Positions 40,406-49,807 of a DNA stretch of 64,000 nucleotides are shown piece after piece. Below the pieces are notes generated by a model, which did not search any database, was not told the origin of the DNA, and worked only from the letters and a program-made list of their open reading frames with translations. Source of the stretch: a bacterium (GTDB lineage Bacteria > Patescibacteriota > Minisyncoccia > JAHIHE01 > JAGLIN01); contig DAOWDU010000031.1 of the NCBI GenBank assembly GCA_030638825.1, positions 4,206 to 68,205 on the forward strand, written 5' to 3'. The position numbers and the translations under genes are program-made. Every line of letters starts with the position of its first letter. Position 1 is the stretch's first letter.

Positions 40406-40715
40406 AAATTAATTTTCCTTTATTATTTATCTCCTTAAAAAAGTAATATTTTTTTTTCAGCCCGCTTTCCCATTCTTTTGGCGTGTAAACTAAAATATCT
40501 GTTCCCATTTCCGAACTAATAACTTTAGCAACATCGAAAAGGCGAGAGCCAAATCTTCTTCTAGTTTTTTTAATTACCAATAAATCTACATCACTAGATA
40601 AATTGGGTTTTCCATAAGCATAACTACCAAAAAGAATAATTCTTTCTGGTTCGTAATTTTCAACAATCTGTTTGGTGATTTTTTTTATCTCTTGATTGGC
40701 TCTTGTTTTAGTCAT
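40386..40715 (-). CDS. Minimal nucleotidyltransferase (MNT)
   Basis: ILFGSYAYG...SDVDLLVI, DILVYT. Confidence 0.88.
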   Translation of the reverse strand: MTKTRANQEIKKITKQIVENYEPERIILFGSYAYGKPNLSSDVDLLVIKKTRRRFGSRLFDVAKVISSEMGTDILVYTPKEWESGLKKKYYFFKEINNKGKLIYEKKYK

Positions 40716-40720
40716 AAGAT

Positions 40721-42070
40721 TTATTTAAGTTCTTCGACATATAAACTTGTGTAAAGCATAACTTTGTCTGGATAGAATAAAAATCGTTGCCAGTTGCTTC
40801 CCGCAAAATACATTCCCGCCGCTTTATATTCAGCATTATAATCCCCTTGTGTCACTCCTGGAACTTTAGCAAGTTTCACGGCCATAGACGCAATGGCATC
40901 TGTTAAATCCCACGGATCAGGAGGGTGGTTGCCTGTAACTTCCGAAACTTGCACTTTATATGCCATCCAAGTTTTCGGCATCATTTGTGCTGGTCCCATC
41001 GCCCCACCCCAGCCAGGATATTTTGATGGTTTTCTGCTTACGGGCATTGCGTTGGGATCATATCCAAGTTCCGCTGTAATCGCTTCAAAAGTAGCCCGAT
41101 TGCTCGGACGCATATCAACTAAATAAGTTCCGCCTCCAACATTTGTTCCTAAACTTGATTCAACTCTCAATATTCCCAATAAAAACTCTGGGCGAACTCC
41201 CGTTAATGAAGAAATATATTTAGCAGCTGAAAAAGCATCAGTAAATTCTATCTTTTGTCCTAAACTTTGTAAATCATGCAACTGAGCTCTAAGCGATGGT
41301 AAAATATTTTTATTCTCCTCCAATAATTTCTGAAATTTATTTTCTTCTCCCTCCGTGATTTCTAAAAGTTCATTTTTCTGATTTTTTAAATCGTCCAAAG
41401 AATTATTTTGATCAATTCGCAATTGAACTAACTGATGGCGTTCTTCATTTTGTTTTTCAAGTTCTTCTTTCTGTAATTTTGCTTCCTCTTTTTCATTTTT
41501 AAGATTAATTATTGTTTCAAATATCTCATCTTTCACAGATTCTACGGCGTCAACTTCGTTAAAAAAAGCAGAAAAGCTTTTTCTAGTTACTAATATTTCA
41601 AACCTGGAATCTTGTTCATAAGAATAAAGAAGCTGAACAAAATCTTTTAGAAGCGCTCTGTCTTTTTCAATTCTTATTCCGCTTTCATCTATTTTATTCT
41701 CGGTCTCTTCTATCTCAAACTCTGTTTCTTCAGTTATTAATTTTGTTTCCTTAACTTCTAATTCGTTTTTGTAGATTCTGCTTTTATAGATAGAAACTTC
41801 ACTTTTTAGCGTCCTCGTTTCTTTCTGTTTAGCTTTTATTTCTAAAACTTGCTGATCAACTTCGCTTTCCAATTTCCTAATTTTTTCTCTTAATTCATCC
41901 ATTTTTTTCTGATTTTCTTCCGCCTCTTCTGCGCTAATCTCTTTATTATCATTTTCTGAAGATATTATTTTATTCAGAGGAAACGCGAAAAATAAAATAA
42001 CCAAAAACAAACCGCTCAACAAAATTGCTTTGCGGTTGTTTAAGAAAATATTGTTATATATTTGTCGCAT
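40721..42070 (-). CDS. Coiled-coil protein with C-terminal lytic murein transglycosylase domain
   Basis: TM, long coiled coil, GILRVES, GGAMGPAQMMPKTW, DPW. Confidence 0.8.
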   Translation of the reverse strand: MRQIYNNIFLNNRKAILLSGLFLVILFFAFPLNKIISSENDNKEISAEEAEENQKKMDELREKIRKLESEVDQQVLEIKAKQKETRTLKSEVSIYKSRIYKNELEVKETKLITEETEFEIEETENKIDESGIRIEKDRALLKDFVQLLYSYEQDSRFEILVTRKSFSAFFNEVDAVESVKDEIFETIINLKNEKEEAKLQKEELEKQNEERHQLVQLRIDQNNSLDDLKNQKNELLEITEGEENKFQKLLEENKNILPSLRAQLHDLQSLGQKIEFTDAFSAAKYISSLTGVRPEFLLGILRVESSLGTNVGGGTYLVDMRPSNRATFEAITAELGYDPNAMPVSRKPSKYPGWGGAMGPAQMMPKTWMAYKVQVSEVTGNHPPDPWDLTDAIASMAVKLAKVPGVTQGDYNAEYKAAGMYFAGSNWQRFLFYPDKVMLYTSLYVEELK

Positions 42071-42085
42071 AAATAATGTAACAAT

Positions 42086-42817
42086 TTATTTTTTATTTTT
42101 CTTATCTTCTTTCTTATTTTCTTTTTTATCTCCCTCTTTAATTTCTTCTTTCTTGTCTCCTTCCTCAGAAGATTCTTCATCTTCTTTCTTCTCTTTCGCG
42201 CTTTCTACTCCTTCAACTTTTTCTTCAACTCTTTCTTCAAGTTCTTTCATTTCTTTTTCAGTCCTTGGAGGAGTAACATTTACAACCGCTTCTTCCACAT
42301 CCGCCACAATTTCTATCTCATCAGAAATTTTTAAATCTTTAATTCTTATAATATCATCTATATGTTCTAAAACGGAAAGATCGACTTCAATGTCATGAAT
42401 GAGATTCTTTGGCAAACACTTAATTTCAAGCATATCGTGACTTTTTACAAGAATTCCACTTTCGTTTTTAATCGCTGGAGATTCTCCGGTAAATTTGATA
42501 GAAACTTTGGTTGTGATTTTTTTATCCATTCTCACCTGATATAAATCAAAATGAATTATATTATCGTTCACAGGATCAGTTTGATAATTGTTGATAATCA
42601 CTTTTCCTATTTCCTTGTCGTCAATTTTAAGATCAATTAGAGTGCTCTCTCCAGCCTTGCTAAATACATCTTTAAAATCTTTTTCATTGATTTTTATTGA
42701 CACATTTTTACTTTTTGGCCCATAAACAATCCCAGGAACACAACCTTCTTTCCTAAGTTTGTTTGTTTTTCTCCCTGTCAATTTTCTCGTTTGCGTGGAT
42801 ATTGATAGTGCTTCCAT
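42086..42817 (-). CDS. rplY: 50S ribosomal protein L25/Ctc
   Basis: LRKEGCVPGIVYG, HFDL, GESPA; acidic tail. Confidence 0.93.
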   Translation of the reverse strand: MEALSISTQTRKLTGRKTNKLRKEGCVPGIVYGPKSKNVSIKINEKDFKDVFSKAGESTLIDLKIDDKEIGKVIINNYQTDPVNDNIIHFDLYQVRMDKKITTKVSIKFTGESPAIKNESGILVKSHDMLEIKCLPKNLIHDIEVDLSVLEHIDDIIRIKDLKISDEIEIVADVEEAVVNVTPPRTEKEMKELEERVEEKVEGVESAKEKKEDEESSEEGDKKEEIKEGDKKENKKEDKKNKK

Positions 42818-42849
42818 AGTTATTATTTTAAATTATAAAATCAAATCAT

Positions 42850-43149
42850 CTATCTTCTCTCTAAAAATTGATGCATTTCTAAAACATCATCGTATTCAAT
42901 ATAACTACTTTTTATATTTTTCAAATCACTTTCTGTAATGTCGGTCATCATGCTGACAGAAGTTATTCCTAGAATTCCAGTCATAATTACCATCATCATA
43001 GAACTCCTACATTTCTGACAGCTAAGATAAACGGTTATCATCCCGTCTTTTTTATCAATCATTTTTACATTCTTTTTGTCATATTTGAAATCACACATTG
43101 GACAATTTGTTATTATCTGCAAACTGGCCATTGAATTTGATTTTTTCAT
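42850..43149 (-). CDS. Hypothetical zinc-binding protein (CPR-type)
   Basis: CPMC...CQKC, DDVLEMH. Confidence 0.65.
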   Translation of the reverse strand: MKKSNSMASLQIITNCPMCDFKYDKKNVKMIDKKDGMITVYLSCQKCRSSMMMVIMTGILGITSVSMMTDITESDLKNIKSSYIEYDDVLEMHQFLERR

Positions 43150-43250
43150 AATTTTTATTTTTAGGTTATTTTAATCTAAATTTTGCCGTCTTTTTCTACT
43201 TTTCAAAATACCGCCAATATAGCTAATACTAATACAGAACAGAGGCAATG

Positions 43251-44549
43251 TCAAGATAAATTTCGTTGTTTAATCGCTTTTCTCGCAACTTCCCGATCAT
43301 CCCAAGGAACCTTCTTCTCGCCGCAAATTATAAACTGCTCCGCGCCTTTTCCAGTTATCATAACCAAATCATCTTTTTCAGCTATCTTAACCGCTTTTTC
43401 TATTGCCTCTTTTCTGTCTAATATTCTGAATAAATTTTTATCTAAATCTTTATTTTTAATTCCCGACATAACCTGATCCATAATTTTTTCTGGATTTTCA
43501 CTATAAGGATCTTCATTTGTTACAATTACAATATCAGCAAACTCATCAGCAATAGCGCCCGCTTTTGATCTGTAAGTCTTATCTCTGTCTCCCGTTCCTC
43601 CCAAAACCGCAATCATTTTATTTTTTAGATGCGGCTTAACCGCTTCATAAACTTTTTTCAAAGAATCTGGCGAATGAGCATAATCAACGATAACTTCAAA
43701 ATCTTGTCCCTCATCAATTTTTTCTAACCTGCCTGGGATATTCCTTATAAATTCTAACGCTTTTTTAATTTTAACTGGCTTTATATTTTCCGCTAAGCCG
43801 ACTGCTGTTGCCGCTAGAGAGTTATAAATATTAAATTCGCCAATCAGCGACAATTTTACAGCCACTTGTCCTTTGTCAGTTTTAATATTAAATTCTGTTT
43901 CTTTTTCTTTTAAAGTTATGTCTGTCGCTTTAATTAATTTTACATTATTTACTTCTTTATATCCCTTTAAGCTAAAAGCGTATTTGTCTACTTTTTCAAA
44001 ATTTAAGAAACTTTTTAAATCTTCATCATCATAATTTATGATTAAATTTTCCAAGTTTTTCGTAAGCAAAGCGTTATGAGAATTTTTGTAATTCGCGTAA
44101 GTCTTGTGATAATCAAGATGGTCGCTCATCATATTCGTCAAAACAACTGTTTTATATGGAACCCCCCAATGCCGATATTGAACAAGTCCGTGCGAAGAAA
44201 TTTCCACAATGACATAATCACATTTTTCTTTTACTGCTTTCGCCAAAAACTTTTGAAAATAAAATGGCGAGGTTGTTGTCAGCTTCACATCATTAAGCCA
44301 TTTTTTCCCGCCGATCTGAAAATTAGCGGTAGAAAGCATTGCGACTTTATATCCCCCTTCTTCCAAAATCTTTGCGATCATATTAACAGTTGTCGTTTTC
44401 CCTTTTGTTCCCGCAACGCCGATCGCCCTTATTTTCTTTCCAGGAAAACCATAAACAATTACCGCCAAAATCGCTCTCATTTTGTGGGTAAATAAAATAA
44501 ATTTATAAGGAATTATTTTTCTTAGGATTTGTTTTAATTTGTATAACAT
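43251..44549 (-). CDS. murE: UDP-N-acetylmuramyl tripeptide synthetase
   Basis: GTKGKTT, EISSHG, DHLDYH, VDYAHSPD, GKGAE. Confidence 0.92.
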   Translation of the reverse strand: MLYKLKQILRKIIPYKFILFTHKMRAILAVIVYGFPGKKIRAIGVAGTKGKTTTVNMIAKILEEGGYKVAMLSTANFQIGGKKWLNDVKLTTTSPFYFQKFLAKAVKEKCDYVIVEISSHGLVQYRHWGVPYKTVVLTNMMSDHLDYHKTYANYKNSHNALLTKNLENLIINYDDEDLKSFLNFEKVDKYAFSLKGYKEVNNVKLIKATDITLKEKETEFNIKTDKGQVAVKLSLIGEFNIYNSLAATAVGLAENIKPVKIKKALEFIRNIPGRLEKIDEGQDFEVIVDYAHSPDSLKKVYEAVKPHLKNKMIAVLGGTGDRDKTYRSKAGAIADEFADIVIVTNEDPYSENPEKIMDQVMSGIKNKDLDKNLFRILDRKEAIEKAVKIAEKDDLVMITGKGAEQFIICGEKKVPWDDREVARKAIKQRNLS

Positions 44550-44581
44550 CTAAATAGTTTAAGCAAATTTAGTAAAGTATA

Positions 44582-45376
44582 TCAGATTAACGCGCTTTTA
44601 TCAAATTTTGCAATTGCTTTATGAATACCGCTTCCGTATTGAAGCGCTTTTTTATTTTGCGTTAATATTTCTTCTGGCAAATAATTTTTGAACGCTTCAC
44701 GCAAAATGTATTTATTGATGCTATTTTTTATTTTCAATTCTGGACTGATTTTGATCGCCAATTCCACAACTTCTTTTTCCAAAAAAGGACAAACTATATT
44801 AACACCAAAATAATTAAAAACTTGTTCATTATACTTCAAATTCGTTTCAGCTATATTTTTTATATCTTGAAATAAATCCTCTTCCAAATTGTTCGTTTTT
44901 TTATATCTATTATAACCAGCAAAAAGTTCGTCAGCGCCTTGTCCTAAAATAATATTTGTATAATTTCTTTTTTGCAGTTCCTCGGAAAGAATTACAAAAG
45001 GCGTATTTAAATCAAGCACCATTCTATTCTTTGTTTCCAAAATATCAATTGTCTTTTTTAAATACTTTTTCAAATCAAGTTCGTCAAAATAAATAATATT
45101 TAATTTCAAATTTAAAAGTCCAGCATTTTTTTTAGCATTTTTAACATCATAAGAATTCTTAAAACCAAAACAAAACAAAACTGGTCTATTATATTTAGAA
45201 ACTAAATAAGTTAAGACAGAAGAATCAATCCCGCCTGAAAAAGCGACAGGGATTTCTTGATAGCCTTTAACTAATTTTTTTACTGAATCATCCAAAACCT
45301 CAAAGAGCCGATATTTTATATTTTCATCATAAAATAAACTTTTTGGTTTTTGAAGTTTTTTGAAATTTACGAGCAT
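44582..45376 (-). CDS. Asparagine synthase C-terminal (PP-loop) domain protein
   Basis: FSGGIDSS, GQGADELFAGY, KYILRE; no glutaminase domain. Confidence 0.8.
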   Translation of the reverse strand: MLVNFKKLQKPKSLFYDENIKYRLFEVLDDSVKKLVKGYQEIPVAFSGGIDSSVLTYLVSKYNRPVLFCFGFKNSYDVKNAKKNAGLLNLKLNIIYFDELDLKKYLKKTIDILETKNRMVLDLNTPFVILSEELQKRNYTNIILGQGADELFAGYNRYKKTNNLEEDLFQDIKNIAETNLKYNEQVFNYFGVNIVCPFLEKEVVELAIKISPELKIKNSINKYILREAFKNYLPEEILTQNKKALQYGSGIHKAIAKFDKSALI

Positions 45377-45407
45377 AATTTTATTAAAATAGATTTTATA
45401 AAATTCA

Positions 45408-45441
45408 CTATAGTTCCATACCCTAGGGTATGGAACTATAG
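45408..45441. repeat. Perfect 34-nt palindrome, family G
   Basis: ctatagttccataccct|agggtatggaactatag. Confidence 0.85.
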
Positions 45442-45454
45442 CAAATAAATAGAT

Positions 45455-45922
45455 TTATTTACCTCTCCCAATCCAATAAGCGACAATCCCGAAAGCAACT
45501 GAAACATTCAATGATTCTTTTTGCCCGCGCATTGGGATGTCAATAATTTTGTCCGATCTGTTTAATAAAGATTTTCTGATACCGCTGCTTTCGTTTCCGA
45601 TAATTAAAGCAAGGGGAAATTTTGGCTTAAAATCAGTATAATTTACACTTTTTGAAGTTTGTTCTAGAGACACGATCTGATACCCTTCTTTTTTTAATCT
45701 TTCAACTAATCGCCAAGATTGTTTTGCATATTCCCATTCAACATATTTCTGCGCGCCAAGAGCTACTTTAGAAATTTTTCTTTCCGCTTTTTCAGTGTCA
45801 GGTTTTCCTGTGATTCCGCATAAATACACCTTTTCAATTCCAACTCCATCCGCCGTTCTAAAAACGGAGCCTACATTAAACAGGCTCCTTAGACTATCAC
45901 AAATTACTACAAAGTTTTTCAT
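45455..45922 (-). CDS. TrmH/SpoU family RNA methyltransferase
   Basis: NVGSVFRTAD, IGNESSG, IPMRG..ESLNVSVA. Confidence 0.92.
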   Translation of the reverse strand: MKNFVVICDSLRSLFNVGSVFRTADGVGIEKVYLCGITGKPDTEKAERKISKVALGAQKYVEWEYAKQSWRLVERLKKEGYQIVSLEQTSKSVNYTDFKPKFPLALIIGNESSGIRKSLLNRSDKIIDIPMRGQKESLNVSVAFGIVAYWIGRGK

Positions 45923-45969
45923 TTAATAAAATTCAGGTTATAAGTTATTCGTTATCAGTTGTCGGTTAA

Positions 45970-46302
45970 TTACATTCCCATCATTTTCCTCGCTAATTCT
46001 TCGTATTCTTTTCTTTCCTGCGAAGACATTTTTCTTAATCTTTCCATCATTTCCAACTGGCTTGGATTTTCTTTTCCGCCCATTAATTTTTTCATCTTCT
46101 CCGCCATTTCCTGCTGTTCGTCATAGCTCATATTTTGCATATTCTCCATCGCTTTCATCGCCATCTCTTTTTGCGCGCCCTCTGGCATATCTTTTAATTG
46201 CTTCTCCATTGCTTTGTCCATCACTTTTTTCCCTACTTTAGTTTTGGCAAATTTCATCGCGCCCTTGCCAACGACTTTTTTGATTGAGTCTTTGATTCCC
46301 AT
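45970..46302 (-). CDS. Met/Lys/Glu-rich helical hypothetical protein
   Basis: Unusually Met-rich 110-aa ORF. Confidence 0.6.
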   Translation of the reverse strand: MGIKDSIKKVVGKGAMKFAKTKVGKKVMDKAMEKQLKDMPEGAQKEMAMKAMENMQNMSYDEQQEMAEKMKKLMGGKENPSQLEMMERLRKMSSQERKEYEELARKMMGM

Positions 46303-46336
46303 AGTTTTAATTTAGTGGATTAATTAATATTTACTC

Positions 46337-46876
46337 TTATTTACATTTTAACATAAACAGACAAAACGCTGACAGTGTATCAAGATCTTTTATTTTTCCT
46401 GATTTGATTAATTTCTTAACTTCTGAAATTTTAAGCTTTTTTCTCTTTATTCCACCCGCCTTTTCTATCTCGTCAGGTTTTTGTTCGCCAAGCTTTAAAT
46501 CTTCTGCCAAAAAAACATGCGCTTTTTGATTAGAACATCCATAATTAGCGTAAAACCAGCCCAGCTTTCTAAATTTTTTTGCTGTTATTCCCGCTTCTTC
46601 TTTTAATTCTTTTTTTGCAGCCTGCAATAATGTTTCTTTTTTCTCTACTGCTCCCGCGACAACTTGAAGTAACTTTGATTTAGTTGTATATCTATACTGT
46701 TCTATTAAATAAAAACAGTCACCCTCTTTTGCAATTACAACAACATAATAATCACTTCTCTTTAAAATATAATATTTATGTTTTTTTCCATCTGATGTTA
46801 TAAAATCTTCGTCAAGAATTTTCAAATACTTGCATTTATAAGCAACTTTTGATTTTATTGTTTTCCAGTTTTTCAT
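46337..46876 (-). CDS. NUDIX hydrolase (ADP-ribose pyrophosphatase-like)
   Basis: AGAVEKKETLLQAAKKELKEEAG Nudix box; QYRY. Confidence 0.88.
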   Translation of the reverse strand: MKNWKTIKSKVAYKCKYLKILDEDFITSDGKKHKYYILKRSDYYVVVIAKEGDCFYLIEQYRYTTKSKLLQVVAGAVEKKETLLQAAKKELKEEAGITAKKFRKLGWFYANYGCSNQKAHVFLAEDLKLGEQKPDEIEKAGGIKRKKLKISEVKKLIKSGKIKDLDTLSAFCLFMLKCK

Positions 46877-46882
46877 AAATTA

Positions 46883-48016
46883 CTATGAGTTACTTAATTT
46901 CTTCCCCTCTCCAACGCCAACATTCTCCCCATCAATCTGATCAATTATTTTACTTAACTGCCTCGTCCTTACCCCAGATACTTTATCATACTGCAAAGAT
47001 AAAGATTTCAGTTTATTTCCAAGATGATCAAACTCATTGTTATACTTATTAAATTCCTCTTTAAACTTGCCAATTAAATTCACGACCCGATGCAAGTCTT
47101 CTTGGATTTTGAAATTATCATACGACTGATGAATTATTCTCAAGAAAGTGATAAAAGAAACAGGACCGACAATCGCTACTTTTTTGTTATTCGCTTCTTC
47201 AACGACATCATATAATTTATCGTTAATAACGCTGAAAATCATTTCGTTGGGAACAAATAAAATCACAAAGTCCAAAGTTTTTTCTTCAGGATTAATATAG
47301 TCTCTATTTGTAATCTGCTTGATTTTTTGCTTGACATCCGTTTTGAATTTCGCAAAATATTCTCTTTTTTCTTTCTCACTTTCTACTTCCTGATATTTCT
47401 GCAAATTGCTGTACGGAAATTTAACATCAATATTTACTTTAGTTTTGTCAGGCAAATAAATCGTAAAATCAGGACGATTAGCGTTTGTTTCCTGACTGAG
47501 ATTGCTGTCGTAATTTATACCTTTCACAAACCCAGCAATTTTTAATAAATTCTCCGCCACTTCTTCGCCATATTTTCCACGAAGCTGATTGTTAGATAAA
47601 ATATTTTTCAAATTCTCTGTTGAATCTTTCAACTTCCCCGTGATCATTTTATGTTCCGCGATGACCGTTTTTAAATTTGAAAATTCACTGATTCTCGCTT
47701 TCTCTGTATTTTCTATTTTCCTCTGACTATTGCTTAATCCACGATCTATTTTTTCAATCAACTCTTTAATCGCGTCTTTCTTACTATTAAAATACTGCTC
47801 GTTCCTTTTCATCTTCTCGTCACTCAATTCTTTAAATCTTTCCCTCTCTTCTTTTAATGTTTCCTTATTTCTTTCTTCCAACATTTTCAAATTCCTCTCC
47901 GCCATTTTCTCGCTAAAATTAGCTAAGTAGTTAACAATTGGTTTTTTGAATAACAAAAATAGAACAGCTAAAACTGTGACTAATGCTATAATTGTTATTA
48001 ATATTTGTTCAAGCAT
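46883..48016 (-). CDS. rmuC: DNA recombination protein RmuC
   Basis: RGKYGE, RPD, IDVKFP, FVILFVPNE. Confidence 0.9.
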   Translation of the reverse strand: MLEQILITIIALVTVLAVLFLLFKKPIVNYLANFSEKMAERNLKMLEERNKETLKEERERFKELSDEKMKRNEQYFNSKKDAIKELIEKIDRGLSNSQRKIENTEKARISEFSNLKTVIAEHKMITGKLKDSTENLKNILSNNQLRGKYGEEVAENLLKIAGFVKGINYDSNLSQETNANRPDFTIYLPDKTKVNIDVKFPYSNLQKYQEVESEKEKREYFAKFKTDVKQKIKQITNRDYINPEEKTLDFVILFVPNEMIFSVINDKLYDVVEEANNKKVAIVGPVSFITFLRIIHQSYDNFKIQEDLHRVVNLIGKFKEEFNKYNNEFDHLGNKLKSLSLQYDKVSGVRTRQLSKIIDQIDGENVGVGEGKKLSNS

Positions 48017-48063
48017 AGTTTATTTTTAACTTCTTCATTCTATCATAAGTTTCAACTTATATC

Positions 48064-48098
48064 AAAAAAAATAATCAGTCTCATTCTGAAACTGATTA
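48064..48098 (-). terminator. Intrinsic terminator of the PKD gene
   Basis: taatcagt...actgatta followed by a T-tract on the minus strand. Confidence 0.6.
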
Positions 48099-49577
48099 AT
48101 GTTTATTTTTTCTCCTCACGGCAATTGCTATTATTAATGTAGCGATTGCCGCCAAACCAAATCCCATTCCTGGTGTTTCGGGAGTGGGGATTATTTGACT
48201 TTCGGGAAGATAAAAACATGTTGGAGCGCAAGTTGGCTGCGCTTTTGGCGGTATTGACACCAATGTTGATGTCGGTGCTGGCGTGCTAATTGTTATAGCC
48301 TCTTCTATAACATTCACCACAATAACATCCTTATCAGAAAGACTTTCTGAATCTTCTGAAAATCCAGTATCAATAACAGTCAGTTCAATCTCATGTAGTC
48401 CAGTCCTGTTAAACATCACATTAAAAGTCGGACTATTTGAACTTCCTAGATATTCACCATAAGTTAGATCGTACCACAAATAACTGCTTATTACCTCCCT
48501 TAAAATATTACCATCAGGATCCCATGATCTACTACCGTCTAAAGTAAACTCCTTGCCATAGATAGCAATTTTTTCAGTAGCAGAAGCATCAGCAATTGGC
48601 GGATCAGGTTCAACTTCTTTGGCATGAAAGTTTTGCCAAGCTATTCCTTTTTCCCCAAAACGATCCGTAACTTCAAGAGAGACATTATATAACTCCCCAG
48701 AATTCTCAACAGTAAAGGATATATATTTCCTTGAGGAGGTAGTTATTTCTTCTTCTCCCCGATTAGTTATCTTACTTATCTTCCAATTCCAGCTAACAAT
48801 TTCATCATCTTCTTCATCGCCTCTTTGTCCTGTTGTTGAACCAGATTTAATCTGAAATCTTTTCCCCTCATAAATTTGAACGGGTAAAATTATTTCAGAC
48901 TTTGGAGGTGAATTAGAACTGGACGATTTTATCTTTACTTCAATTTCTTTGCGATTACTTTCGTCACCACATAAATTTGAAGCAATAACACCTATCTCGT
49001 GATTACTTTTCGCTTTAGAAGAAATAACTTTGAAAGTTATTTTTCCTTTATCTCCAGTTTTCCGAAATATTTCGGAATCATAATCCCAATTGTAGGTTAT
49101 CGTCCCATAGTCCTTATCACTTAAAATAACTTCCACTGAGATCTTATCTCCTATAACGAGATAATCATAATTACTATTTGTTCTATTCTTCAATTTTTCT
49201 ATGTACGGGACAGGATTGTTCTTAACATAAAATACAACCTCCTCCGTATCACTCATCCCACCATTATCAATTATTTTTAAAGTAATTTTATAAGTATCAG
49301 GATTTGTGATAAACGGTTTTCCTAAAGTAGCTCTAATACCTTCAGCTACAAGTTGATCGCCATAATACCATTCATATTTTACAACCTGACCATCTGGATC
49401 ATAAGATCCAGAAGCATCAAGTGTTATGCTTTGACATTCACAAGCAAAGCACAAATTAGGATTAACACTCGCTTTAGCAACAGGCTGATCATTAACTGCC
49501 ATCGCAGTTGGCAAAAACAGTAATAATAATAGCACTGACAGTGTCAACTTCATACTTAATTTCCTCTTCATTTTCAC
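48096..49577 (-). CDS. Secreted PKD-repeat surface protein with Pro/Thr linker and PGF-CTERM-like tail
   Basis: Signal peptide; LDASGSYDPDG, LDGSRSWDPDG; ETPGMGFGLAAIATLIIAIAVRRK. Confidence 0.8.
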   Translation of the reverse strand: MKMKRKLSMKLTLSVLLLLLFLPTAMAVNDQPVAKASVNPNLCFACECQSITLDASGSYDPDGQVVKYEWYYGDQLVAEGIRATLGKPFITNPDTYKITLKIIDNGGMSDTEEVVFYVKNNPVPYIEKLKNRTNSNYDYLVIGDKISVEVILSDKDYGTITYNWDYDSEIFRKTGDKGKITFKVISSKAKSNHEIGVIASNLCGDESNRKEIEVKIKSSSSNSPPKSEIILPVQIYEGKRFQIKSGSTTGQRGDEEDDEIVSWNWKISKITNRGEEEITTSSRKYISFTVENSGELYNVSLEVTDRFGEKGIAWQNFHAKEVEPDPPIADASATEKIAIYGKEFTLDGSRSWDPDGNILREVISSYLWYDLTYGEYLGSSNSPTFNVMFNRTGLHEIELTVIDTGFSEDSESLSDKDVIVVNVIEEAITISTPAPTSTLVSIPPKAQPTCAPTCFYLPESQIIPTPETPGMGFGLAAIATLIIAIAVRRKNKH

Positions 49578-49645
49578 TAAAAACCACTTCCTTTTGTTTT
49601 ATTCAATTATATAAAGACCATCATCTTTTATTTCAAAGACTTTTC

Positions 49646-49673
49646 ATTATAACTCAAATCTCATATTTGTCAA
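49646..49673 (-). promoter_or_regulatory. Consensus sigma70 promoter followed by boxA-like GTCTTTGAAAT
   Basis: TTGACA-N16-TATAAT. Confidence 0.7.
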
Positions 49674-49807
49674 TGGTTGCGCATTAAAAATATCAAAAAA
49701 AACCGACTCAATAAAAGCCAGCGTTTTTATAATTAAATCCATACACTTTCAAACCATCCAATCGCCATGCCATGCATAACAATTTAATAATACAACAATC
49801 TAACAAT

